The translations under genes were made by a program, and so were the position numbers. A stretch of DNA of 63,382 bases, the filler included, from Choristocarpus tenellus KU-1152 (taxonomy: Eukaryota > Protista > Phaeophyceae), in assembly GCA_964200185.2 (NCBI GenBank). It is 8 parts of 8 records of this genome, joined end to end, with 100 filler letters (N's around TTAATTAATTAA, not from the genome) between each part and the next. Parts side by side here need not be neighbours in the genome. Positions count along the whole stretch, not along the records: positions 10,813 to 14,133 come from CAXNAD020020825.1; positions 14,234 to 25,405 come from CAXNAD020002467.1; 6 more parts are not named here. One strand, written 5' to 3'. The notes under the pieces were generated by a model. The model had not been told where the DNA came from. It did not search any database and was given only the letters and a program-made list of their open reading frames with translations. Shown piece after piece: positions 13,458 to 25,505 of the stretch; positions within the stretch are counted from its first letter, which is position 1; the number at the start of each line of letters is the position of its first letter.

Positions 13458-13984
13458 AAATCCCTCCGCTACCTTGGGTTTTTCTATACAAACATTCCTC
13501 CTCTTCGCATTTCTTTTCCCCTCTCTACTCTATACCACCACAAACAGTTAGCGAGGTATATTTCATCTGACTATGACACCCTTCACCAAAGCTAGCCACA
13601 GCACAACCAAGCAAGGCACATACGAACCCGGGTTTCAACATGATATCAGCTGGAGATCAGGTTCTTTGGCAGTATCAGGGTATCGAATTGACCTTGCTCC
13701 CTACAGAAGAAGGTAGCAATCAAAGGGCCAACTGCCCAAATTGGTAGACAAATCCACCTCTCATGATTGGAGAAGACGGTTTATGTGATAGAACATTGGT
13801 AAACCCTGTATGTACACTGACTGTTTATCTGCACTAAATGCCCCCAGACCAATCAATCAGGAGCAATCGCACGAGGAACTACTTGCTGATGGCTTTAGTA
13901 GGATTGGGATTTGGATGGCTGAGGAAGCATATTATGTGCTCACCATTGCTCTTGTAGCCCCTGCCACAGAGGGTCTGTGCTGCA

Positions 13985-14133
13985 TGTGTTACAGACGAAT
14001 AGCGTGAGCTTTTCTTCTTGTATTTCAACGAAGTGCAAGCGTTTGTTACACGCGAATAGCGCGAGCATTTTATTTTTATGTTTTAGCAAATACGAACATT
14101 TGTAACAGACGTAGAGTGTGAGGATTATTTCTT
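13985..14133. repeat. ~58-bp degenerate tandem repeat (about 2.5 units) at contig end
   Basis: Units begin TTACAGACGAATAGCGTGAGC / TTACACGCGAATAGCGCGAGC / TAACAGACGTAGAGTGTGAGG. Confidence 0.6.
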
Positions 14134-14233
14134 NNNNNNNNNNNNNNNNNNNNNNNNNNNNNNNNNNNNNNNNNNNNTTAATTAATTAANNNNNNNNNNN
14201 NNNNNNNNNNNNNNNNNNNNNNNNNNNNNNNNN
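14134..14233. other. Artificial contig-joining spacer
   Basis: N44-TTAATTAATTAA-N44. Confidence 0.98.
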
Positions 14234-14639
14234 CTACTTTGACGGCTTGAAGCACCTCGAGTTTATACCGGATGATCCTCGACCCCCACCTTTTCTGAAA
14301 GCTGAGGTTGTCAACCCGATTTCATTTTGTGGGGTTATCGTCCGATTCAGCACCGTTCTCGCTTGGCCAGCCCAGATGTTTCGCGGCATAAACTTATGGC
14401 ACAAAGGTAGAGTACATTCTGAAGGGCAATTAGGTCCAAGATGTACAGCGTTCCATGCCCTGCACATTTATCCCTAAATCAGTTTTCAGGTTCAACCTGG
14501 GCAAATATACCTGGAATTGGTGGGAATATAGTATATTCGCATTTACAAACCAAGTGCACATCCCAGGGGGAAATACAACCCAGGAAAGACTGGATGCGTA
14601 CCTGCAGAGATTGATGAAGTTGACAGGGGAAGAACGTCC

Positions 14640-15450
14640 CTTGAGAAGGTATAGGATTCAATCCTGCAGATTTAACCAATGTTCAGTAACGATTGTCCTC
14701 CAACCACCTTATGCTGACCACATGTATGTATAGTAGTTCGTCGGTATAAAATGAACATCCTTGCATCATAGGACTAACCCATGACCACGCCTGTACAATG
14801 TCACCTAATTTCCTCAACTATTTCAACACGGGCGTTCGCTCCTCCACCAATCCTTTCTCCCTCAACAAGGCCATTTGGCACGCCTTACTTCGCCTTCACA
14901 GCATCACAGAGGCATGCTCATCATCCACGAAAAACATCCCTATAGGACAAATCCATATCACGTTCCTCCTCATCGATATTTCTCTCTTCTCCCTCGCTAC
15001 CTCATCCCCTATCCCCTTGACACCCTTCACTATGGCTTCCCACTCCTGATTTATCTCATTGCCATCCCTTACACCCACATCACACAACGCTCTCCCGACA
15101 TGTGTCAGGCCTCATCTCAACATTTGACTCCAGTCATCATTATCATTTCATCCAACATCTACAATGCCACCTACAAGGAGAAAGACACGCAGTGAGGGAA
15201 TAAGGTAAGGTAACTCTTACCACATGCTAACCACAAGATCAAGAGATAGTCGACTAAATGTGTCACAAGACCCAAAAGATGACCTGCTTACAGACCAAGA
15301 CACTCGCGCTCTTCCACACATGTACATGCCCATCCCCTTTCGTAAGTCTCCACTAACCAAACGATCCCAACCACAAAACTACGAAGGGAGAGGAAATTTA
15401 GGATGAAGGATACCATCTGTCTCCCTCATGCCCAGAGTGCTCGTAACTCC
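14640..15450 (+). mobile_element. Decayed C-terminal region (CCHC and restriction-like endonuclease) of a non-LTR retrotransposon
   Basis: Fragments C...PYADH...CIIGLTHDH, FLLIDISL..SP and YMPIPF occur in the expected order, in shifting frames. Confidence 0.3.
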
Positions 15451-16409
15451 TTCGCTGCTGAGTCTGTCACAGCTATCACCTTGTGCCGTATGCCACTCAG
15501 AGTCCCACTAAGTGCATAAGATTGAGTTCAGGACATATCAGTATCGAGCCAAAGTAGACGGGAGGTACCCAGCGTGTCGCCATTTTCCATTATAAGCCAG
15601 TTATTTAATATTTTGCAATTCACTCATATTTTTATGGATGAAGCGCTAAGTTTGATTTGAGAGGTGGTTGATTATCTTCTGTTCGGAACTTTTGGACACA
15701 ATTCGGGAATATACTCTATACTTGAGTTTAAAAATGTCGAATTTTGTACATCGTTGTTGGCATCCTTTAAAACGCAACGCTGGGTACCTCTCGCTTACTT
15801 TGACTCTTCACCCCACCAATCAAAACGCCGACCCCCCACCGACAACTACTTCGAAGTATACTGTATAGAAAGAAAAATCTTTTTGCAATCATCTTTTTAT
15901 CATCTATAAAACCTTGCCCAGTCCAACCCTTCAGGAACAGTAAGGGATTAAATGGTAGTATGTCCAACAAGTTAAACTCATCTTCTCGAATTTCCAACAC
16001 CCTGACCCTCAAATCGCACGTTCTCAATATGAAACAGCGTTTGCCTCCGTTTCCAGCAAAGGCGAGTGTTCGTACATTACTTAGTATATTATTATCTCCA
16101 AGAGAATATATCTCTGCTCTTGGTTTTCAAGTGGAAAATATTTTCGGGAGGTACGTTAGGATGTGTAGTTGTGATATCAGAGGGCATAGTAATATCAGTA
16201 GTATGTTTATATATGCGATCTACTCCGTGGTTATTGAAGTACGTTAGGATGGACAACTCGTCTATCCACGTGATAGTTGTGATGTACTTAGTAGATATTG
16301 AAACAGTCTTGGCTGATGTTTCCCTCCAAGAAAGTTCAAAAAAAGAGAAAGCGATTTGGTAATGACAATATGACCATAAGTGATGTACATAAAATATTCC
16401 TGTTGTGGT

Positions 16410-17170
16410 CCTGTGTTTTATGGCATAACGGTTAGGGTTGGGGCTAGGGTCATATTATATGTACTCCAAAGTATGCGCATTGTTATCGACATGGTATAAA
16501 ATTTTGGAGATTAAGGTATCACTTAATATCCTGTTTCAACCTCTCCTTTCCCAACCCGTCGCACATGATCTGGAAATTGTCGAAGGTCAAAATATGTATC
16601 AGAATCCTATTTGAAAGAAGTGATAATGTAAAACCAGAATCAAGACGTTTTCTCGTTGAAATCTCGACGCTATTCCAAAAAATAGAATATATATGCCCAA
16701 TCATATTCACAGAGGGCATAATAATTAAATATCATATTCAAAATATCAAGAATGCAAAATATTAGTGGGCAAAATAATATTCTTATGACGAGAAATATAC
16801 CTTGTATGTACTCTTACTACGTCGGTACGTTTTATGACATAACGGTTAGGGTTGGGGTTGGGGTAATATATGTTTATATTACTATGGACATGGTATGAAA
16901 TTTTGGATATTTACGTATCTCTTAATGTTCTGTTTCAACTTCTCCTCTCCCATCCCCATCACACATTATCTGGAAATTTACAAATGCAAAATACATAAAC
17001 ACTATATCAGAATCCTATTTGAAAAAAATGGTGATTTGGAACCAGAATCAAGAAATATTCTCGTTGAAATCTCGAAGCTATTCCAAATAAATAGAAGATA
17101 TGCGCAATAATATTCGAAATAATAGAATGCAAAATCTCAGTAAGTACAAAAATATTCATATCAAGAAGAA
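16410..17170. repeat. ~414-bp diverged tandem duplication upstream of the LPMO gene
   Basis: TTTTATG.CATAACGGTTAGGGTTGGGG at 16416 and 16830; both units share TATCAGAATCCTATTTGAAA...TTCTCGTTGAAATCTCGA. Confidence 0.8.
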
Positions 17171-17766
17171 ATACCAAAACCTTTCGTTGAAGATATTTGA
17201 ATACACCAACAGTTAACATCACATGTTCAACGGAGTTAATCTATTTCAATGATACTGCATCTCATCTGACCAGGTGACGGTTGAGATTTCCTCCCTAGAC
17301 TTCACCACACTCATCTATTAACCCTCACTTCTCAAGTATACTCTGACTGTCGACCTACATCCACGGATACAGCAGCACACAGTCAAGGAATACGTTGACT
17401 TGAATAAGACTCAAGGGTGATAGAAAAGGACGCGAGGAAGGTCAGTATCGAGATATTTACGGACGATCACCTCCACCATACTTCACACTTGATTACCCGA
17501 CAAGCTTGGAAATATCCTCCCAGAAATATCAGGCCTACATCGATGCGATACCAATCACGAACCGGAAAATATCTCAACTCTTCCTTTGGACGTAATCGCT
17601 CTTCACTGCCCTGTTGCAAATGGATATTTTTGCACCTTACATCCCAGTCATCAAACTTACCTCACGAACCCATATCGTCATCGCACAGTCACCAAATACT
17701 AACATACGCACTCTGGTACACCCTTCCGCTCGATCTCTTCTTACAGAATCGCCCTTACCTCGCATA

Positions 17767-20700
17767 ATGAAGATAGCCACTTCGAGCATCGCTACATTTC
17801 TGCTTTGCGCAAACACGTCCAAGGGGCATTTGTTTCTACTCGAACCTTTCAGCAGAAATTACCTAAAAACGAAGGCTTTCGAAGGAATCAGGTGAGCAGT
17901 GGTGATATGGTCAGCAGCATTGATCGTATCTCTCGCCAATCAGATAATTCTTTATTGCTAAAGACATGACAAAGGATCGGTGGTGCTGGTGATGGTCAGT
18001 CTTTGTGGCTTTCGAGCCCCTCTGTTTGACTCTCGTTTGTCTCGGACTCCTTTCCTTATCAGGGCTACGGAGCATTGCCCCCACTGCCTACAGGGTAGAG
18101 GTGTGGGAGCCGTGAGGGCACGTGCTGAGAAGAATACCGACCCAGACTGGTTAGCATCCTATGGAGAAGGCCGATGGCCTCTCAAGTACCTCTACGAAGA
18201 CGGGATGGTAGCTGAAAACGGCAACTACCTCGAGCCCGAGGAGATCGCCGTGAGGCATGGTGTCTGTGGAGATCCATCTCAGGTCAGTACGGTGGGAAAT
18301 ATATACACGACCGTGATGATTATCTTACAATGACAACTACCTGCGACACTTGTTCAGCATGAGAAATTGGTATCGTCGCAGTCAATATTCCAAAACATCA
18401 ACACAACTTCAAAGTCCATCTTACCTAGTTCGTTTACCGCACTACCTACTCCTCGCATATTTCCGTTCCAACACAGGGAGCACCAGAAGGTGACAACCGC
18501 TATGGCATCGCCAACTCCGACTTCGAGGTTATCGAGAACTACGAGGAAGGATCTATCATTGAGATAAAGACTATGACTAGCACCTATCACTGGGTGAGTT
18601 CTGTAGATTCTATGGAAATAGTTCGAGGCAACCCATTTAAATACCACATCAAAATCAATCTTCAAGACAACAATCGATTGTTTGTACGATTTATCAAAGT
18701 ATAGTCAAGGGCTATGGAGGAGTTTGAAATTTGGATTTCAATGCTTCATGATCCGTACAGAACATCGATACTTCGGTCTTACCAAACCAGATCGAGAGAA
18801 AATGGATCAGCAAAGTGAATCTATCCCGTCTCCCTCAAAACCAATAGTTCGAAGCACTCATCCAAATGTCACATCAAAATCAATCTGCAAATAAGCAATC
18901 GATTGTACGATTTCTCCAAGTATAGTGAAGGACCATAGAGGAGTTTGAAATTTGCTTTTCGATGTTACATGATTTGTACAGAGCATCAATACTTCGGTCT
19001 TGCCAAAACAGATCGAGAGAAAATGGATCAGCAAATGAATTTATCCCTTATCCCCATACCTCTACGACACACACCTGTCCGACCGAACCCTCCCAGGGCC
19101 ACATAGAGTACTTCATCTGCGATGCAAAGGACCTTGCCGATCCCAATGGCCCAGTGACTCAGGAGTGCTTCAACAAGCATCCGCTCACACGTGCTCCAGA
19201 CGATGAGGAAGCCAGTCCCATTGATCCTGCGCACTCAGGGCGCTACTTCCTTGACCCGATGTGCAGGGCCGCAGAGACAGATCAGACAGTGAAACCTGAG
19301 GGCGGCTTTGCGGGTCAGGTCTCCACGATGCGCTATTTGCTTCCTGCAGGCCTCACTTGCGACCGGTGCATCTTGCAGATGGTGTACTGTGAGTTACTCG
19401 AAAGAAGATTTTGATCTGAGAGTATTGTAGGGTGAGATGCTTCGATATCAAGTCATTGGAATACGATGTTGCACTCTAAAACTTCTTTTTGAGATACCTT
19501 GAAGTACGAGCACTTTATTTAGGCTCCCCCTGTTCATCAGTCCTTGCAACTAACCGTTTCGATCAACATGAAGTCAGTTGTATGCTGCTAACAACATGTC
19601 CGTGTGCACTGTGCTCCATATATCAGATACTGGCAACTCGTGTAACCATCCTGGTTACAGGGAATTTATGTCCACATCTGTCCCCAAGGGATGCGCACCC
19701 AATAAAGATGACTGGATAAATCCAGCAAATTTCAGGGACTGTGGTGATGGTGATGCCTACCCAGAAGAGTTCTGGAACTGTGCCGATATCTCAATTGGCA
19801 GTAGTGGGGGGGTGGGGGGGGGGGTGGGGGCGGTGGTGGCGGCGGTAGTGGTGGAAGTAGTCCCACCCCTGGTAACACCAGCCCCCCTGCAACCACTACC
19901 ATCCCGACACCAGTACCCACTCCTGCACCAGTATATAATGAGAATCCTTCACCTGCTCCTATGACCACGGGTTCACCCGTCGATAACATCTCTGAGGGTG
20001 GAGTCTGTGCCAAGCCTTATGAACAGGTTTGTTTCCTAATTATATAGAGTGGTGGTGTGAAAATATCTCCTTACCCATAGGACAAAATGTGTGGGTTTGA
20101 TCCTCTTTGAATTGAATGGGAGAGTGGTCAGTCCTTGTCATATAAAAGACTGACCAAGCTTTACAACACAACAAATATGGCAGCCCCCTACCCTCTAACC
20201 CTTATCACTATTGCACTGCCCTTGATTCCTAATGAAAACAGTGTGGTGGTGAGGGCTGGACCGGAGCAGATTGCTGTGAAATGGAATACGAATGTGAATC
20301 ATTGGCTCCGTGCTACTCCCAGGTGTGTGGAGAAATGCGAAGTGGGGAGAGATACAGCTGTCTCCAGCGGAATCTATCTCTGATCCTTAGATCACCATCA
20401 CCATCCCAACAATACCAATGTACTTTGACCTTCCTTCAACCCAGTATACTGACTGTTGTGATTCTCTTCTTCCCCATTGCCACGCTCCTCTCCCCAGTGT
20501 CGACCAGCTCAAGTGGAAGTGAAGAAGACACAAGGCTGCAAGAAGAAGTGGGAGCAGTGTGCTGGAAAATCCTACACAGGGGCCAAGTGCTGTGATGAAG
20601 GCTTAGTCTGCGTGTCTCCAGGGAAGGTACGTGATGGTAATGACTTCGTCAAGGGTAGAGATAGCCTGGAATCCACCACAAGTGCGTATTGGGGATAGAG

Positions 20701-20833
20701 TGCGGCATCTCATATACTTATACCCCTCTCGCCACGTTGCCATGATCAACGTTCCTAACCTGTCTGACTCACACGTTCCCAAACCCATCTCACCATTGCA
20801 CTACAGGATGAGGTTTTCTCCCACTGTATTTGA
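17767..20833 (+). CDS. Secreted AA15-type lytic polysaccharide monooxygenase (Chitin_bind_3/LPMO_10 fold) with linker and two CBM1 modules; 8 exons
   Basis: Phase-consistent GT-AG exons: 17767-17891, 18063-18282, 18477-18593, 19097-19388, 19627-20026, 20242-20322, 20498-20626, 20807-20833. Signal peptide MKIATSSIATFLLCANTSKG precedes His1 (HLFLLEPFSRNY). Motifs CPHCL, CGDP, second His STYHWGHIEYFIC, LTCDRCILQMVYYTGNSC, EEFWNCADISI. CBM1 repeats CAKPYEQCGGEGWTGADCC..CESLAPCYSQC and CKKKWEQCAGKSYTGAKCC..C..FSHC. A 1-nt frameshift in the G-run at 19806-19812 must be assumed. Confidence 0.9.
18646..19055. repeat. ~225-bp tandem duplication inside LPMO intron 3
   Basis: ACATCAAAATCAATCT at 18646 and 18871; both units contain CAGATCGAGAGAAAATGGATCAGCAAA. 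Confidence 0.85.
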
Positions 20834-22379
20834 AGATGGCAGGTGCAGCACCACAGCTAGGCGACTGCATGCACTCGCCACTCTATCCTCTGAATTGAAG
20901 ACTGTCAGGGAAAGTGACACGGCACCTCAATAGCTTGTTCCTGCACTCAGAGGAGGTTGCAGCTCAATGGCCCAGCTCAATGGCCCACTGTTTCTTGATA
21001 GTAATTGTAGTGCCCTCCTGTGCCACCAGTGAAGCAATAGTAGCAGGTGATTTGATTTATACACATTTAGGACCATCAGGTTGAAGTATGCAGGGCAGAT
21101 GGCATTCTTGGAATACTGCTATTGCATTGTCAGTCAGTGGATAGAGGTGGAAGCCATGACTGTGATTGCATACTACGGTCATTGTATATTTCTAGTAAAA
21201 ACAGTTTTGGAGTAGATGGTATTTTCTTCTCTTTGTTGTATCTGCTAGTCCAGGGACTATTGCTGGATGGATATGGCATATATTCCTATACCCTGCATTT
21301 GTTTGCTCATATGGCGTTGAGAGTTGGGTGGCTATAGGTTCACACGATTCTCATGGCAATCTTTGTTGTTTGTCAGAAATGGAACCAATATATTTGCTAT
21401 TTTATCTGTGGTTTTGTGTTGTGTGAGGTAGATTTCGTACGGTATATGGGTGTTGTAAGAATTGATATATCTTACGGGGAAACGTGCCACATTGGTGTCG
21501 AATCTCACCACCTGGGCGTTCCATATTGCACATGTAATGGACATATATAGTAGTGACATGTTATTGCCAATTTTATGTATCTTTTGTTGCAATATTCTTC
21601 ATACATAATTCTCTTGTATAAATAGCAGTTACAATCTTGTAATTGACAGTGGAGTGGGCGATATGATGATGCCTTGTGAACTCCTTTCGGGACCAATAAA
21701 GGCTTGAATCATACCTGACAGTGCCGTATACTTAGTAAATGTAGTAGTTTGTGAGTTGCTACTATTAGCTCTAAATGTTATACAATATTTTGGGTGGACA
21801 CTTTCTACTCTTTTGCGAGAATAATGGCCACTACCTATGACATTATGCATTTCTTATTTTGTCATTGCCACATGAATGTTTAACCTTGTCATTTTCCGTG
21901 TATACATGTGTACCACCTTTCACTTTGGTACACTCAATTTGTTTGAGGAGGAAATAGCAGAAATGAAAATGGTGAACACGATATCCATAGAGGGAAACAG
22001 GTCGCTGTGTTTACCAAGTTAAACACAAAATGAGAAGCGGTGACGACAAGGTGCGTTGGAAGTCTTCCATCCTCGTTTCCCTTCGATTTTGAATATGTGA
22101 TAATAGTATAAGAATGATAAACTCAATATTGGCTGGCTTCCTGGAACGTAGTGCTACCACTTGTACGTAGTCAGTTATGAATGTATTCATAGTTAGCGTT
22201 TTGATCGACATAGGTTCAGGAACTACTTCACCATCACCACAATTTCTATAATACAATACCATACTGCTTCGGGTACAACACATCACTACCAATTAATAAA
22301 TTGTAACCTATATTTTGTACTATTGATACCACCATAATCTCACGATTGTCTTCCAATTGATGTCGAATTTCTCTGTTAC

Positions 22380-24870
22380 GTGCTTGATGTCGCTGTGAAT
22401 CGAGGACATGTGTTTGCTGCCTTGAAAGGGCTCCTAAATCACTGCCCTTCCTTCACCAATCGTCGTAACCTTTCTGTAATTAATCCCAAACATCTGATAG
22501 ATGGGGGAGACAAGTGATGGTGTGGAAACCCTCTGACCAGGAATTTCAAATCAAGGTATTGTTTTGACCCTTTATTGCACCCCTCTGCACTCAGAATACC
22601 ACACAAGACATGCCAAACGTGATACTTGAATTGACCAATGAGAGTGTACTATACAATGGTGAAGTCCGATTGAACAAGTTCATTGTAGGGAACGAGTTAA
22701 GTTGAAAACATCCAAATGTACCATGGTTTGAGATGAGAGGTAGTACATATATTTTGAAAGCTATACCGAGATAATTCGAAAATACTGCTGAACAGTCATA
22801 ACTCCTTCATGATGGTTTACAGAAAGGCAATGTTGAAACCTAGGATTGAATGAATCGTGCTCTTGTACAGTGACAGGTTGGTTGGTGTGAAAGGGTGTCA
22901 TAGTTCAGTGAGCACTGGTAAGTTCTGGCTGATGAATCTAGGGACATGATGTGCCATAGATAATTTGCTGACGTTTGTGGGTATGCCTGGGAACGCTCAA
23001 AGGAAGAATTACATGCTCTGAGTAGAGGCCTGGCACCTTTTGTAGAAGGAATTTTGAGGATGTTCTAACTCTGAATATGTGACATGCAGTTATATATCAG
23101 GTACACTTGGTGCAGAGTGAGCTTGATGTCTTAGAAGGGGGCAATGTCAGCCAGAAAAATAATTATTATCATACGAGACGAAACTGACGGCTCTGGTTTG
23201 AATATCAAAGAAAAACAAAGAAACAAACTTGAGTCAATATCTGAGACAATTCATATGGCACATACTATGCTTGTATTTTTGACAGATGTCGACTGTTCCA
23301 TACATCCTATGCACCATGATGTCTAACAGTAATTGATAATTATATGATGAGGTGCTAATGATGTAAATGTGACTAACGACCAGTACCGTTGTGCGAATCA
23401 ACAGCCAGTATGAAATGGTAATACTGTATCGTATCAAGTACACAAGAGATGAGTAACCTATATCTTAAAAGGCAATTGGTGTAAAAAATACAGTGATCCT
23501 GTTGTTGTGTTGATTGTGTTCTATTGTTGTAACGATGAAAGTGCAAAATCAGTAGTGATTCCTTGAGGATGTTGCAATGTACTTGTTTGTTCTCGCACTT
23601 TGGTGATGCTAATGTAGAGGTACACGACTGAGTAGTTCGTACTACTACAAGTGTATTGAATGAAAGCACAGCTCAACCATTCCTTCCTGCAGTCAGAACA
23701 TCAGGTAAGTGTCAACATTCATGAAGGGAGAACAAATGGTCTTCTGCATACACATATATAGGTGTGTGTGACTCTTTCTAGTTAACATGAATCAATATCC
23801 ATTTGATAAACAGTGTAGGTCAGGCAGTAAAGAGTGGTTGACTCAATTGTTGTATTTGAGTGTACTATTATTTCGTAGTATGTCCTATTTACGTTCTTAG
23901 CATCCCTCCTTTTGCTTCTATTTCCACTCTGGGAATATCTGATATGTATCAGTATGCCCAATAATTAGAACCGAAACAGAGTGTGAAAGTATACTTCAGA
24001 CTATTGATGTCGGATTATGTTATGTACACGATGGAGCAGTAGCATGTCTAACAATACTTTGAAACGGTCAGATTCAAACAGGGCACGAGACAAGTGGGGC
24101 CGACAACTTATCATGCATGTATGTATGCTGTGTTATTTAAATATTTTGTCTACTTGAGGAAGGGAGGCACCAGTAGTACGTTCTACTGAGGGAGGAGACT
24201 ATTATGACCGGAGAGTTCTTCGCAAAGAGTCTGTCTGTGTACTCCAGTGAACTACCATTACTACCAATATCTAAGATAAGATAGACCAAACCAAAACACG
24301 CATGCCAAGAAGGTGGACAAGAAGGAACACTTAGAGTAGAAGGTTATCTCAGGTACATGAGCCTCAATCTTGTATGTTGCACAATTTGAATAATAATGAT
24401 ATATCGTCAAAGACGAGAACAGTTTCTCGGTCTCCAAGCAAGGAAATTCACAACTCGTGAAGCCCTCTCCTGAACAGCTAGCTTCAAGTGTTGTCGTGAA
24501 AGATAAGAATAGGAGGATAGTCTCCAAGCAAGGTATTTCCAAGCTTATGGAGCCCTATTTCTAAACAGCTAGTTTCATTTTTGTCTAATATGCATTCTCA
24601 GTTTGCATGCCTTCCTGTAACACAAAGCTCATCAAAATTGTTCAATGCCTCGGACTAATGGTGATTTATGTATCAAAAATAGTGTGGAGAGTATTTTCTT
24701 GTCATATTTCCTGTACCTGGTGGAAAGCACTGATAAAGCCGACTCCTTAACAGAATATACAAAAATTATACCTCAAAGGGTTATTCAACTGCATCAATTA
24801 TGCCACGGCAAACAAGCACTTGGTATTTTGGACTGTCCCCACCAGAATTTGATAGTGTCAAAATGACACC
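22380..24870 (+). pseudogene. Possible decayed ankyrin-repeat gene, interrupted by an LTR fragment
   Basis: Remnants LDVAVNRGHVFAALKGLL (~22385), TPLH (~22580) and HACQEG (~24300). A 90-bp in-frame tandem reads VKDEN..SKQGNSQLVKP..EQLAS / VKDKNRR..SKQGISKLMEP (24400-24580). Many stops. Confidence 0.35.
23090..23470 (-). mobile_element. Degenerate partial LTR (family A)
   Basis: Shares ...ACTGTATCGTATCAAG...GATGAGTAACCTAT with the other family-A copies. Confidence 0.65.
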
Positions 24871-25279
24871 ACTGAATAATAACCTGCCCTCAGAACGATG
24901 TAAACAGCATACCTCGTGATGAATAGAGCACAGCACAAAACCCTAACGCTTTATGCTTTGTGTGACGACTTGAATCATTTTTTTCTAATAAAGAACATGC
25001 TTTTTGATCATGTGTTAAATATTCTGAAAGAGACAATATAGGGATTAAGAGACCATGTTTGTGTTCTGAACAATAGAAGATATGTTTGGGTTCAAGAACT
25101 AGAATATGGAAGTGTTCAGGAATAGGAAGCATTGTAGGAATTAATCTGTGATTAGTGATTGGTGATACATAGAAAAGAAATGATTTGGCGACAAGGACCC
25201 CCCCCCTTTGGGCTTGGGTGCTCACTCCTCCTTTCACCTTCCTCACTTCATCTACAACCCGTTAAACCAAATATGGAAT

Positions 25280-25405
25280 TGTTGAAACCTGAATCGAATT
25301 GCGAAGGGGAATCGTGTGAGGCTCATAACCTGTTGAAACCTGAATCGAATGCATTGTATATGATACATAGACTACGAAGGAAGAGGAATCATGGTGTTGT
25401 AATGC
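25280..25405 (-). mobile_element. 3' end of a family-A 5' LTR plus primer-binding site
   Basis: The minus strand reads ...ATTCGATTCAGGTTTCAACA followed directly by GGTTATGAGCC (Copia-type PBS). A second copy of the LTR end lies at 25280-25299. Confidence 0.75.
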
Positions 25406-25505
25406 NNNNNNNNNNNNNNNNNNNNNNNNNNNNNNNNNNNNNNNNNNNNTTAATTAATTAANNNNNNNNNNNNNNNNNNNNNNNNNNNNNNNNNNNNNNN
25501 NNNNN
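25406..25505. other. Artificial contig-joining spacer
   Basis: N44-TTAATTAATTAA-N44. Confidence 0.98.

Noticed and set aside
13985-14133. CRISPR-like repeat-spacer pattern
   Set aside because: Whole units are similar along their length, there are only about 2.5 of them, no cas genes are present, and the context is eukaryotic.
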